Shown piece by piece: positions 29,094-39,678 of a stretch of 64,000 bases of DNA. Origin of the DNA: a candidate division FCPU426 bacterium (lineage in GTDB: Bacteria > Oederibacteriota > PGYV01 > Palsa-1178); assembly GCA_963840035.1 (NCBI GenBank), contig CAWIXE010000001.1:704001-768000 (forward strand), given 5' to 3'. Both the position numbers and the translations under genes were made by a program. The notes under the pieces are model-generated. The model ran no database searches. It was not told the origin of the DNA and was given only the letters and a program-made list of their open reading frames with translations. How positions within the stretch are numbered: the first letter of the stretch is position 1; every line of letters starts with the position of its first letter.

Positions 29094-32000
29094 ATGCATG
29101 GGAAAAAGAATATGACAAGGTTAAGAGGTGTTATTTTTTACGGCGTCATTTTGCTCCTGCTGTCCGGAGATATATCCGCCGCCTGGAAAAATGTCGTGGT
29201 ACCGGCCGGCGGCGCCATACAGGATGTCGTATTCAGCAGGGCCGAGCAGGGGCTTAGTTATATCCGCACGGACATGGGCGGGGCTTACCGCAAGGACAAT
29301 AACAACAGCAACTGGATACCCTTGACTGACTGGCTTGATGACTGGAATTTATACGGGGTCGAGAGCATAGCGCCGGACCCGGTAAATCCGGATATTGTTT
29401 ATGCCGCTTTAGGGCAGACTTACGCCGGCACAAACGGCGCTTTTATAGTTTCAAATGACCGCGGAAATACATGGACTCAGCATCCCCTTCCTTTTATGTG
29501 CGGCGCTAACAATTCCAATAATTACGCCGGCGAACGCCTGGCCATAGACCCAAATCTCAGGACAACGTTATTTTTTGGTTCGCGTCTTGACGGGCTGTGG
29601 AAGAGCACAAACTCCGGGGCCGACTGGAACAAAATCACCTCATTTCCGGTAAACGGCGACTCCGGCAACGGATTAAGCTATGTTATTCTTGATAAAAACA
29701 GCGGCACTTCAGGGAACGCATCGCAGACAATTTATGTCGGAGTTCAGGCGGTTGGTTCCGGAAACAGCAATCTTTACCGTTCTTTAAACGGCGGAACAAC
29801 ATGGTCCGTGATTCCGGGAGGGCCATCGGGCATGTCCACTCCGCAGGCATCGCTTGGTTCCGATGGAAATCTGTGGGTTGTCTGCAACAATTCAAACACA
29901 ACCGGGCAGATATGGAAACTAAATACCGGCACCCTTGTGTGGAATAATATATCCCCGGCAGCGGGGCCCGGAGCCGGCTCCGGCGGATACGCCGGTATCA
30001 GCGTCGATTATCAGAACGCGCAGCACGCGGTTGTGTCCACGACGGGCTGGTGGGGCGGCACTGACAAGTGTTTCCAGACAACAAACGGCGGGACTTCATG
30101 GACCATTATTGCAAATACCCAAAACAACTGGAATTCGGGCCCATACCCGGTTTATAATATAAACGGGGCGCCGTGGACAAGGTTTTGCAGCATATATAAC
30201 GGCGGCGCCTGGCTGATATCCTGCGTGCAGATAGACCCTTTTAATTCAAACAATGCCATTTATTCGACAGGCGGCGGCATCTGGTCCACGACAAACGTGC
30301 TTGCGGCCACGCAGCCGCAGGGGATTACCTGGACATTTACCGACTATGGCATAGAACAAACCGCGGTCCTGTTTATCAACCCGTCCTCAAAAGGCGGAAC
30401 TTTTTTCAGCTGCCTCGGGGACATAAGCGGAATGCGCTATACAAACCTTGACGCGCCTGCGCCCAATAAATACTGCAGCCCGCACGTGGGAAACACCCTT
30501 TGCCTGGATTACGCGGAGAATAACATAAACATCGTGGCGCGCGTCGGCAACAGCGGAGCAGTAGCCACTGACACCGCGTTTTCCACGGACAATGGGCAGA
30601 ATTGGGCACCTGCGGCGTCAGCTCCGCCGGGCTATGGAACAAGCAATGAGATGCGTTCATGCGCGGTGGCTGCAAACGGGTCGCGCGTGTTAGTTTGTCC
30701 CAATGCCGGTTACGGCAATCCCGCTTATACCCTTAACAGCGGTTCGAGCTGGACTGCGTGCAACGGCCTGCCGTCAGGCTCGGATCTGGCATCCGACCGC
30801 GTAAACTCCTCTGTTTTCTTTGCCACCAACGGCAGCAACCTATACTTAAGCACCGACGGAGGCGCCAACTTCAGCATGGTTAATAATTTTTCCGGCAACG
30901 GGGCGCCGCGCCCGGTTTTCGGATTAACAGGGGAAGTATGGGTGGCTACCGGGGACGGCCTTTACCGCTTTACAAATAACGGTTCGACAAAAACTACAAT
31001 CAGCAATGTTTCGTCCGCCAACTCAGTTGGTTTCGGCAAAGCCGCGTCAGGACAGCCGCATCCCGCGGTATATCTTTCCGGAACTGCCGGCGGCCAACGC
31101 GGATTTTTCAGGTGCGATGACGGGGTTGGGACATCATGGCTTAGGATAAATGACAATGCCCACCAGTACGGATATGCCGGATGGTGCGGCGGGGATCAGG
31201 AAGTTTACGGAAGGATGTACATAGGCACCAACGGCCGCGGCACGCTTTACTGCGACAGCGCCTCTGGCACCGCGACCCCGACAACGTCAGGAACGCCGCC
31301 GAGCGTTACGTTTACCCCGACAATTACGAAGACACATACTATTACACCGACATACACAGTGACGCCCATGCAGTGCAGTGATGCGATATATTCCGGGGAG
31401 GCTCCCCATAACCTGGCATCGGGCGGGAGTTATATAGACACGGGCGGAACTGTAAGCGAAGTCACGGCACAATCACATTCCGCAACGCACAGCATGCAGG
31501 TGCATTTTTTATGGCCTGACGGCTGGTATCAGGGTATGGCATATAACTGGGCGAACTGGAACGCGTCAGGGGCATATAACGCGTCAAACGCTTCCGCGCT
31601 TAGCGTGTGGCTTAAGTCGGAAACCGGAACCATAAGCACATTATCCGTCTCTTTGCACGATTCGGCGGGTGTTGGCACGAATAATATCCAGGTGACGACA
31701 TATCTGACAGGGGGCGTAACTACAACCTGGCAGGAGCTTAAGATTCCGCTTTCAGCTTTTACAGGCGCTGATATGTCGCTGCTCTGGGAACTGAGGATAA
31801 CTACGGGAGGGTCCCAGGCAGGGGACCAGATTATTTATCTTGACGACCTTGCATTCATAAATGGCTGCGATACGCCGACCTTTACGCCTACCGCCATAAA
31901 CAGCCCCACATATACCAGGACAGCGTCATTGACCGCGACACGCACAGCTACAGCGGCAAATACTTTTACCTCCACGCAGAGCCCTACCGGGACAAGCACA

Positions 32001-32807
32001 TCAACCCGGACTGCAGTTAATACGGCGACTTATACCGGGACGCCGTCGGCGTCAGCCACTACGTCCGTAACAGGTACAGCCACGCCTACACGTACAAGTT
32101 CTCCAGGCTTAAGCCCGACAGGGACATGGACAAGTTCGATACCAACATTGACGGATACCCCGACAATAGCCTGGACAGCCACAAATACGGCAGCTATGAC
32201 CGCGACAAATACATTTACACGGACAAGTACCGCCACAAACACAAATACGCCCTCTCTCACAGCCACGCGCACGAGTGTTAATACCGCGACCGGCACGGCA
32301 TCTCCTTCAGCCACAAACACGCCGGCAGGCACCATAACCAATACCGCGCTCCCGACATCCACGCTGACCCTTACAAGAACTGTCACGCCAAGCCAGACTC
32401 GTACAGCATCACCGGCGGCTACCAGGACAATTACGGCAAGTTTTACGCCCACGCCAAAACCCGACACGCCTACTCCCACACCCACAATAATATTTTCCGA
32501 TAAATTTGAAATCAAAGATGTGGTGATAATGCCAAACCCGTATAATCCGGCAAAGAGGAATTTCAGCGCCGCGGCCAATCTGACAAGGCCGGCCTCCAGG
32601 CTGACTGTAATCATTTATACGGTTTCATTCAGGCGCGTACTGGAGGAAAGCATCAGCGTAAGCGCGTACGGCCCCTGCGTTTTGAGCTTTGCGGCTAAAA
32701 AATTCAAAGGGCTATCCAACGGCACGTATTATGCCGTCATATCAGGCGTGACACCCGGCGGAATGAAGGCCGTGTCAAAACCGGCGGTTATGATAATTTT
32801 GAAATAG
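29094..32807 (+). CDS. GH74 xyloglucanase-like protein with CBM-like domain, Thr-rich linker and T9SS-like CTD
   Basis: YIRTDMGGAYR, WIPLTD, GERLAIDP, GIEQTA, GDISG, Asp-boxes, YIGTNGRG; MPNPYNP...NGTYY...VMIILK. Confidence 0.9.
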   Translation: MHGKKNMTRLRGVIFYGVILLLLSGDISAAWKNVVVPAGGAIQDVVFSRAEQGLSYIRTDMGGAYRKDNNNSNWIPLTDWLDDWNLYGVESIAPDPVNPDIVYAALGQTYAGTNGAFIVSNDRGNTWTQHPLPFMCGANNSNNYAGERLAIDPNLRTTLFFGSRLDGLWKSTNSGADWNKITSFPVNGDSGNGLSYVILDKNSGTSGNASQTIYVGVQAVGSGNSNLYRSLNGGTTWSVIPGGPSGMSTPQASLGSDGNLWVVCNNSNTTGQIWKLNTGTLVWNNISPAAGPGAGSGGYAGISVDYQNAQHAVVSTTGWWGGTDKCFQTTNGGTSWTIIANTQNNWNSGPYPVYNINGAPWTRFCSIYNGGAWLISCVQIDPFNSNNAIYSTGGGIWSTTNVLAATQPQGITWTFTDYGIEQTAVLFINPSSKGGTFFSCLGDISGMRYTNLDAPAPNKYCSPHVGNTLCLDYAENNINIVARVGNSGAVATDTAFSTDNGQNWAPAASAPPGYGTSNEMRSCAVAANGSRVLVCPNAGYGNPAYTLNSGSSWTACNGLPSGSDLASDRVNSSVFFATNGSNLYLSTDGGANFSMVNNFSGNGAPRPVFGLTGEVWVATGDGLYRFTNNGSTKTTISNVSSANSVGFGKAASGQPHPAVYLSGTAGGQRGFFRCDDGVGTSWLRINDNAHQYGYAGWCGGDQEVYGRMYIGTNGRGTLYCDSASGTATPTTSGTPPSVTFTPTITKTHTITPTYTVTPMQCSDAIYSGEAPHNLASGGSYIDTGGTVSEVTAQSHSATHSMQVHFLWPDGWYQGMAYNWANWNASGAYNASNASALSVWLKSETGTISTLSVSLHDSAGVGTNNIQVTTYLTGGVTTTWQELKIPLSAFTGADMSLLWELRITTGGSQAGDQIIYLDDLAFINGCDTPTFTPTAINSPTYTRTASLTATRTATAANTFTSTQSPTGTSTSTRTAVNTATYTGTPSASATTSVTGTATPTRTSSPGLSPTGTWTSSIPTLTDTPTIAWTATNTAAMTATNTFTRTSTATNTNTPSLTATRTSVNTATGTASPSATNTPAGTITNTALPTSTLTLTRTVTPSQTRTASPAATRTITASFTPTPKPDTPTPTPTIIFSDKFEIKDVVIMPNPYNPAKRNFSAAANLTRPASRLTVIIYTVSFRRVLEESISVSAYGPCVLSFAAKKFKGLSNGTYYAVISGVTPGGMKAVSKPAVMIILK

Positions 32808-32981
32808 AACCTACCCTTAAGTATTGCAGCCCGCCCGCGGGTTGCCCCACCATTTTTCATTTTTACACGCGATAGGTTATAACCTGGTCATTCAATAGAT
32901 AACGCAAATTTGGGGACTATCCCTATTTATGCGCTATGTTTTCGTTCAATCTGAGCGGGCATTATCCCTACTTTTATATCG

Positions 32982-33055
32982 TTGACCGAATCTTTATCGA
33001 GGCGTATAATATTTTCATAAGCGGGGAATTGGTAAACCAGGGAAAAATTAACAAA
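32982..33055 (+). promoter_or_regulatory. Promoter plus conserved leader, copy 1
   Basis: TTGACC-17-TATAAT, shared with 37041-37123. Confidence 0.7.
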
Positions 33056-33082
33056 GATAACAGCCTGGCATAAGGGGGGAAA

Positions 33083-34624
33083 ATGAAAGCAATCCATTTG
33101 TTTCTTGTCATTATCATAATATCCGTTGTATCATGCGCAAAACGGGGGCCTAACTTTCCTGTGGAAAATACCGCGACTCCCACTTTAACTCAGGCATTGA
33201 CAGCCACGCCATCAAATACAGCCACTCCGGTAAATACAGGAACGCCGTCAAATACAGCCACTCCATCAAATACAGCCACGCCGTTAAATACAGCCACGCC
33301 GTTAAATACAGCCAAGCCGTCAAATACAGCCACACCGTCAATTACAGCTACTCTGTCAAATACAAGCACACCGTCAAATACAGCCACACCGTCAAATACA
33401 CATACTGATACTGCCACGCCCGTGGAAACCCCTACAAATACAACAACAGCTTCGGATACCCCGACTTTAACCCTGACCCCGTTTGCGTCAGCCACTCATA
33501 CGCATACAAGTACGCCGACTAAAACCCCCACGCATGGCATCACGCCCGATATTTACGAAGACGACGATGCATATACAAACGCCGGCGTGATAATTTCCGG
33601 AGTCCGGCAGGTGCACAATATTTTTCCTTTTCTCGATGAAGACTGGGTGAAATTCAGCCTGCCATACATGTCAAATGTCACTCTGGAGACTTCCGGCCCG
33701 GGAACGGGCGATACCACAATATATCTTTATACCCCCGCGGGAGCCGCGGCTTCCACGTATTTTATGTTTGATGCCAACAGCGGTGAAGGCGCTTTTTCAA
33801 AAATTACAGCGAATAATCTTGCGTCCGGCGATTATTACATGCGGGTACACAGCCCCATACTATTGCAGGTTATACCCGAATACTACATAGACCTGACCAT
33901 AGTACCGATAGAAACGCCGACGGATACTCCTTCTCCGAGTGTTACTCCGACAATAACAACTACAGTCACGGCGACACTTTCGCGTACGGCAACAGCGACA
34001 TCAACCGTAACCGCGACCGCAGGAACTCCGGGGATCACGCCGGTCGAAGTATATTTTCAGTATGGAGTTAATCCGTCTACCGCTTATGCGGGGTCAAAGG
34101 ACGTATCGTACGACAGCCTGATGCCTGATGACAATTACAGCGCGTCAGCCTTCGGGTATATCGGCGCTTATAACGCGGGCCCGAGGATTTTCCGGACAAT
34201 CCTGTATTTTGACGTCTCCGAGATACCGGCTAACGCGGTAATCTACGCGGCAACACTTAGGGTGTATACGGGAGGGATCACAGGCACGGTTTATCTTGAT
34301 GCCTATGCGCTGACCCGCGACTGGAGCGAAACCGCGGCAACCTGGAACTCGCACGATACGGGTTCCGCGTGGACCGCGTCCGGCGGAGATTTCGGGCAGT
34401 CAGCAGCCTCTAACGTAGCCGTCTCAGCTATAGACTGGGTCAATATACCGCTCTCGACGGAAGTGGTAAGGCAGTGGGTGGCGGATTCAGCCGTTAATTA
34501 CGGGCTGCTTCTGAAGGATAAATTTGAAAACCCGTCAGCGTCGAATTTTTGCATAATAGACACAAAAGAATCCACGAATACGAATACCAGGCCGAGGCTG
34601 TATGTAAGTTATATGCTGCCGTGA
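33083..34624 (+). CDS. Lipoprotein: TPSNTA repeats, PPC-like domain, Thr linker, DNRLRE domain
   Basis: Lipobox VVSC; D.YE.DD, DEDW..F, GDY; FDVS.IP, ATWN, W...GGDF, NYGLLLK, RPRL. Confidence 0.78.
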   Translation: MKAIHLFLVIIIISVVSCAKRGPNFPVENTATPTLTQALTATPSNTATPVNTGTPSNTATPSNTATPLNTATPLNTAKPSNTATPSITATLSNTSTPSNTATPSNTHTDTATPVETPTNTTTASDTPTLTLTPFASATHTHTSTPTKTPTHGITPDIYEDDDAYTNAGVIISGVRQVHNIFPFLDEDWVKFSLPYMSNVTLETSGPGTGDTTIYLYTPAGAAASTYFMFDANSGEGAFSKITANNLASGDYYMRVHSPILLQVIPEYYIDLTIVPIETPTDTPSPSVTPTITTTVTATLSRTATATSTVTATAGTPGITPVEVYFQYGVNPSTAYAGSKDVSYDSLMPDDNYSASAFGYIGAYNAGPRIFRTILYFDVSEIPANAVIYAATLRVYTGGITGTVYLDAYALTRDWSETAATWNSHDTGSAWTASGGDFGQSAASNVAVSAIDWVNIPLSTEVVRQWVADSAVNYGLLLKDKFENPSASNFCIIDTKESTNTNTRPRLYVSYMLP

Positions 34625-34920
34625 GATAAAGGATGACGCGGTAAAAGTTAAGGCATCAAACGCCGAACAGCGCGTAATTTTAATAAAACATCATACATAT
34701 CGCAAATTTGGTTTCTGTCCCGATTTTTGCGGTTATTGCCTATATTAACCCCGTCCTGTTCCTGTAATTTTCAAAATAGTTTTACTGAACTATGTATTAC
34801 CATGTTTATTAAAGAATTCTAACCTGTATGAACAGCCTAAAAATGCAACCATATACATGATAAATCCGGCGGTTAAATTTATTCTTGACAATAAGCGCAA
34901 AATAGCATATCATTAGAAAT

Positions 34921-35505
34921 ATGTCTAATGATATTAAACCTTTGAGAACCTACAGGCTGAAAAATGAAATACAAATAAAAAGCTATGTCCACCCGGCACG
35001 GCTGAATATACTTAAAATGCTGGCGCGGGAGAAACGCACCATAACCGGTGTTGCGGAGGAAATCGGTGTGCATCCGGCCAATATCACCCACCACTTTAAG
35101 AACCTTGAAAAATCAGGCCTTATAAAAATTGTGGAAAAAAGGGACATCGGGCGTAATATTGAAAAGTATTACAGGGCCATAGCGTATAGTTTCAGCGTGC
35201 GTATAAGCAAGGAAATGAAGATAAACAAGGAAGCGCTTGCCCTGTCCATACTAAGGGACGATATGTCGGCCGCGGTTGAAACGCTAAAAAACAGCAGCCC
35301 GGAGGCTGACACTGTGAGGGCTTACATTACTTCGGCAAGGATAGACAGAAAACAGTTTGAGGTTTTCAGCAAAAAACTGGAAAAACTGTTGAAAGATTTC
35401 AGGGCATCCGGCCATGCCCGTGGGGCGGCCACAACCATCAACCTTAGCATATACCCAAATGACACTGATTCCATACCGGAAGATGAGGAGGTAATAATCA
35501 GATGA
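34921..35505 (+). CDS. ArsR-like winged-helix regulator
   Basis: HPARL.IL..L, HF..LEK.GLI, EKYYRA. Confidence 0.85.
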   Translation: MSNDIKPLRTYRLKNEIQIKSYVHPARLNILKMLAREKRTITGVAEEIGVHPANITHHFKNLEKSGLIKIVEKRDIGRNIEKYYRAIAYSFSVRISKEMKINKEALALSILRDDMSAAVETLKNSSPEADTVRAYITSARIDRKQFEVFSKKLEKLLKDFRASGHARGAATTINLSIYPNDTDSIPEDEEVIIR

Positions 35506-36854
35506 AACATGATATCAGGGGAGCTTTTTTTGTGATGTTTATTGCGGCATTTTTAATGGCTGTTGGCTGCACACCAAAAGGAGGTGGTTCTGTGGAGAAG
35601 CAACTGCTTGAACAGATTCAGAAAGCCGGAAATGAATACAAAGCAGGTGATTTTAGCGAGGCAAAACTGTCATATTTAAAAGCGCTGGAGCAGTCAAAAA
35701 ATGACAGCCAGTCCCTGTATGGGCTCGGGAACATAGCGCTTTTTGAAAATCGCGCTGAAGAAGCGGTTGATTATTATAACAAACTGATAGAGGCAGCGCC
35801 CTGGTACGCGAAAATCTGGCCATTGAATGTGGAACCTTACTACAGGCTCGGGCAGGCGTATTACCGTAAAGATGATTTTGCAAATGCGGCCAAAGCTTTT
35901 AATAAAGCGGCAGGCCCCATGCAGGCAGGGCCTTTTGAAGCGTTAAAAGGGTTAAAAGAAATAGAAAAACAGCTGGCACTTTTTAACGGCATAAAACCCT
36001 ATGAGATTGAAGGGCAACAGAAAACAAGCATAAAATTTGTGGTAACTGACCCGCTTCCGGTTGTCATGGTATCCATAAACGGGGCTAAACCGGAAGAGTT
36101 TTTCCTGGATACCGGAGCTGCAGAGATTGTGCTGGATAAAAAATATGCCGCTGAAATAGGGGCGAAAATCACCGGCTCTATGTCAAGCCAGTATGCGGGC
36201 AATAAGAAAAGTGATACAGGGCTTGGAATGATTAACACGATGGTTATAGGCGGAATAACCGTAAAAAATCTTCCGGTTCACACCCTTGACATGACAGATA
36301 TACCGTCCGTATTAAATGGCAGGCCTGTAAAAGGCGCTATTGGCACGCGCTTTCTTATGCATTTTTTGTCTACGATTGATTATAAAAACGGCGCCCTGAT
36401 ACTGGACAGCAGGGTTCCGGGGAAAAAAGCTGAAGAAAGCAGGGGTATACCTTTTTGGCTGGTTGACATGCATTTTATCCTTGCCAGGGGCACGGTTAAC
36501 GGGTTTGGCCCGTTTTTGCTTTTTGTTGACACCGGCCTTGCGGGCGCGGGATTTACGGCAAATGAAAATCTGCTTGAAAAATACGGCATGAAACCTGACT
36601 GGAGCAAAGCCAAATACGGCGCTGGCGGCGCAGGGAAAGTAAAAGGAACTGAGCTTGTAGTTGATAAACTGACGCTCGGGACAGGGGCTATGGAAATCGT
36701 GGAAACAAAAGTTGCCGGAGGCGCGATAGAGGGCGGGACGCCGGTGGTCGGGGACCAGCTTGGATTCCATGTAGGCGGGCTTATATCGCATCAATTTTTC
36801 AGAAAACATGCACTCACTTTGAATTTTAGTGATATGAAAATGCTGGTTGAATAG
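35502..36854 (+). CDS. Lipoprotein with TPRs and tandem retropepsin-like aspartyl protease domains
   Basis: Lipobox AVGC; TPRs; FLDTGA...GAIG and VDTG...GGLI. Confidence 0.85.
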   Translation: MKHDIRGAFFVMFIAAFLMAVGCTPKGGGSVEKQLLEQIQKAGNEYKAGDFSEAKLSYLKALEQSKNDSQSLYGLGNIALFENRAEEAVDYYNKLIEAAPWYAKIWPLNVEPYYRLGQAYYRKDDFANAAKAFNKAAGPMQAGPFEALKGLKEIEKQLALFNGIKPYEIEGQQKTSIKFVVTDPLPVVMVSINGAKPEEFFLDTGAAEIVLDKKYAAEIGAKITGSMSSQYAGNKKSDTGLGMINTMVIGGITVKNLPVHTLDMTDIPSVLNGRPVKGAIGTRFLMHFLSTIDYKNGALILDSRVPGKKAEESRGIPFWLVDMHFILARGTVNGFGPFLLFVDTGLAGAGFTANENLLEKYGMKPDWSKAKYGAGGAGKVKGTELVVDKLTLGTGAMEIVETKVAGGAIEGGTPVVGDQLGFHVGGLISHQFFRKHALTLNFSDMKMLVE

Positions 36855-37040
36855 CAAGGCGGAAAAGATGCCAGAGCCGGAAGACGTTCTTGTAATGGCA
36901 GCCGCAACCTTCAGGTCTGCGGCTGCCAGCCTTTCCACAAACCAAAACAGCGCCTCACGGGGACAGATTGTAAACATGACATTTTAACAGCACACCATAA
37001 TTCTTAATTATAAATTGTTAATTGCATTTGCTCTATTTTC

Positions 37041-37123
37041 TTGACTGTATGTCTATTGAGGCGTATAATCATTTCATAAGCGGGAATTGGGACTAGCGGC
37101 TAAGCCGGGGAAAAATCAACAAA
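37041..37123 (+). promoter_or_regulatory. Promoter plus conserved leader, copy 2
   Basis: TTGACT-17-TATAAT, shared with 32982-33055. Confidence 0.7.
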
Positions 37124-37333
37124 TGAAAAAATTGCCCGCCATAGGTGTTTCCAAAAATAAGTATTTGTAATAAGGATAAATAGGAGCGAATAGGCATTAA
37201 ATACAGCAGAAACCCATTCGTAGAGCCGCCTTTTGCTGCGGCTCAGGGCTGGACTTTTAAGTTCTAGGATCCGAGAATCGAGAATCGAAAATTGATCAGC
37301 AAGCTTGGATAACTATTATATATAAGGAGGAAC

Positions 37334-38023
37334 ATGAAAAAAGCGGCGATATTTCTGGTTTTTGTTTTATCTCTTATCATGTCTTTCGGATGCGCGAAAA
37401 ACAGCCCAACCACCACGCCGGAGCCTGTTCCTACGGCCACGGCTGTCGGTGTATATGTGCAGGCTGTTGTGATAAACCGGCCTGACACGACAAACAAGAC
37501 TGTGCCCTACGTGATGCTCAAGCACGGCAACGAGGGAGGAACGGTCATAAACGACGCGACAGTGACATTTAACAGCGCGGCGCTGTCCTTTGACAGCGTC
37601 TCAAACTCCTACACAGCGTCAGTCACCTTCGCCGCCGCAGGCACCACAGCCAGCCTCGCGGTTAACTCAGCCTCAGGCAACCTCACAGGCTCGGTAGTGC
37701 TCCCGCCCTACATAACAGTAACATCCCCGGCGCAGGGCATAACAGTCTCACACACAACCACAACCATCCCCCTTGTAGTCTCCACAGCCACAGACCCGGG
37801 ATGGTTCACAATAATCTCAAACCACATGCCCACATACCTGGCCATGTTAGCGGGAGGAATGGGAGACGTAAGAACCTTCAACATCTCCCCGTCGCTTGCT
37901 GGGATAGGGGATGACATAGTAATAGTAAGGGCATCATTCACCGGAACCCTGACAGGAGCAACAACAGATTCGGACTTCTGGGCGGAGGACCAGGGCGGAC
38001 AACTGGTGATGCGGGTGGAGTAG
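37334..38023 (+). CDS. Hypothetical beta-rich lipoprotein
   Basis: AAGGAGG RBS; lipobox SFGC; P/T stretch. Confidence 0.75.
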   Translation: MKKAAIFLVFVLSLIMSFGCAKNSPTTTPEPVPTATAVGVYVQAVVINRPDTTNKTVPYVMLKHGNEGGTVINDATVTFNSAALSFDSVSNSYTASVTFAAAGTTASLAVNSASGNLTGSVVLPPYITVTSPAQGITVSHTTTTIPLVVSTATDPGWFTIISNHMPTYLAMLAGGMGDVRTFNISPSLAGIGDDIVIVRASFTGTLTGATTDSDFWAEDQGGQLVMRVE

Positions 38024-38051
38024 GAAATAGAATCATGAATCAGGACCTGAC

Positions 38052-39262
38052 TAAAAAGTGTAAGATGAAATGCACCATCTGAGTAAATAAAAAGTCCCAC
38101 CAAGCACTTGTGTTATTATGTTGTTTGCGAAGACACCATAAAAAACACGAGGTGAATGATGGGACAAGTCAAGATTACCACAAGGGACAGGAAAAACAAG
38201 TATTTAAGTTTAAAAGAACGGTACCAGATTGAGGCTCTGCGCGATAAGAAGTGTACTGGGCGTGAGATAGCCGAACAACTTGGAAGAGACCCAAGCACGA
38301 TAAATCGTGAGATAAAAAGAGGTTCTGTAATACAGACGGATTGGGAACTCAAAGAGAGATTGGTATATAGGGCCGATCATGGACAGCTGGACTATGATGA
38401 AAAACAAAAGAACAAAGGACGCCCGTTAAAGATCGGGTTTGACCACGAACTAAGCAGGCATATAGAACGGAAGATAACGCAGGATAAGTATTCGCCGGCA
38501 GCAGTAATAGGCGAAATAATGCGAACCAAGCTGGGGTTTAAGACATATCTGTGCATAAAGACAGTTTACAATTATATACATTCCGGTGTGTTTGCAGGTG
38601 TTGGAGAAGCAGAACTGGTATATGGAGGAAGGCGTAAAAAGAAGTATCGGAAGGTCGGAAAAGTAAATAGAAGCAGGCTTTTCAAGAGCATAGAAGAAAG
38701 ACCAAAGGCGGCAAACGAAAGAACGGAGTATGGTCACTGGGAGATAGATGTTGTTAAGGGTATTAAATGGACAAGAGCATGTCTTCTGACAATCAGCGAA
38801 CGTATGACAAGACAGGAAATAATAATTAAGATGAACTGTTGCAAGGTCGAAGAAGTGGACAAGGCGTTGACTGGACTCGAAAGGACTTATGGCGGTTTGT
38901 TTGCCAGGATATTCAAGACGATAACCGCAGACAACGGTTCGGAGTTTCTCGATTGGAGAACCCTTGAAGAGAGTAAATTAAAGCCAGGGACAAAAAGGAC
39001 CATGCTATATTACGCGCATCCTTTCAGTTCTTTTGAAAGAGGAACCAACGAGAATACAAACCGCATAATAAGGCGGTTCGTACCTAAAGGGACGGATATA
39101 GGGGAAGTGTCTGTAGAAACGGTAAAAAAGGCCCAAAATTGGATAAACAACTATCCCAGAGGGATATTTGGATACAAAACAGCCAACGACATGATAATTC
39201 AAAATGCTACAAGAAAAATGTGTGGGATTCAGGGAGTGGTGCATTAAAACTTGCAACTTACC
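38052..39262 (+). mobile_element. IS30-family insertion sequence, 1211 bp, 15-bp direct repeats
   Basis: Imperfect IRs sharing TG.AAG...AATGCACCA; GAATCAGGACCTGAC at 38037-38051 and 39263-39277. Confidence 0.92.
38156..39247 (+). CDS. IS30 family transposase
   Basis: LS..ER..I, STI.REIKR, GHWEID, ER.TR, TITADNGSEF, ERGTNEN.N..IRRF.PKG. Confidence 0.96.
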   Translation: MMGQVKITTRDRKNKYLSLKERYQIEALRDKKCTGREIAEQLGRDPSTINREIKRGSVIQTDWELKERLVYRADHGQLDYDEKQKNKGRPLKIGFDHELSRHIERKITQDKYSPAAVIGEIMRTKLGFKTYLCIKTVYNYIHSGVFAGVGEAELVYGGRRKKKYRKVGKVNRSRLFKSIEERPKAANERTEYGHWEIDVVKGIKWTRACLLTISERMTRQEIIIKMNCCKVEEVDKALTGLERTYGGLFARIFKTITADNGSEFLDWRTLEESKLKPGTKRTMLYYAHPFSSFERGTNENTNRIIRRFVPKGTDIGEVSVETVKKAQNWINNYPRGIFGYKTANDMIIQNATRKMCGIQGVVH

Positions 39263-39288
39263 GAATCAGGACCTGACACCTTTTTCCC

Positions 39289-39510
39289 TGGCATGGATGT
39301 CCCTATCATGGTACGATACCGGATGCAAACAGGGCTTTTTGGATAAAAAAAATAGAAAAGAATAAAAAGCGAGACAAAAGTGTTAAGTTATTTTTGCGAA
39401 AAAAGGGTTGGAGTGTAGTCAGAATTTGGCAGCATCAACTAAAAACAATAAAATCTGAAAGGCATTTGAAAAATATACTCTATAAATACTCGACGCCATC
39501 GCATCTTTAG
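39289..39510 (+). pseudogene. vsr: 5'-truncated very-short-patch repair endonuclease
   Basis: Manual translation WHGCPYHGTIPDANRAFWIKKIEKNKKRD...LRKKGWSVVRIWQHQL; no start or N-terminal half. Confidence 0.85.
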
Positions 39511-39541
39511 TAATTCCTTTTCAATTTAAATAAAGATTTAC

Positions 39542-39573
39542 TTGACTGATAAGTATACAATGTGTATACTTAT
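39542..39573 (+). promoter_or_regulatory. Promoter with palindrome ATAAGTATACA-N3-TGTATACTTAT
   Basis: TTGACT-17-TATACT; same core as 20229-20247. Confidence 0.7.
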
Positions 39574-39678
39574 TGCATAAAGGAAGTTCTTGAATAATGA
39601 AGTGTAGATAATTGTATAAAAACCTTGAGAAAAACGGCGAATTAACGTAAAATAATATCACAAAAGATAGGTATCTAA

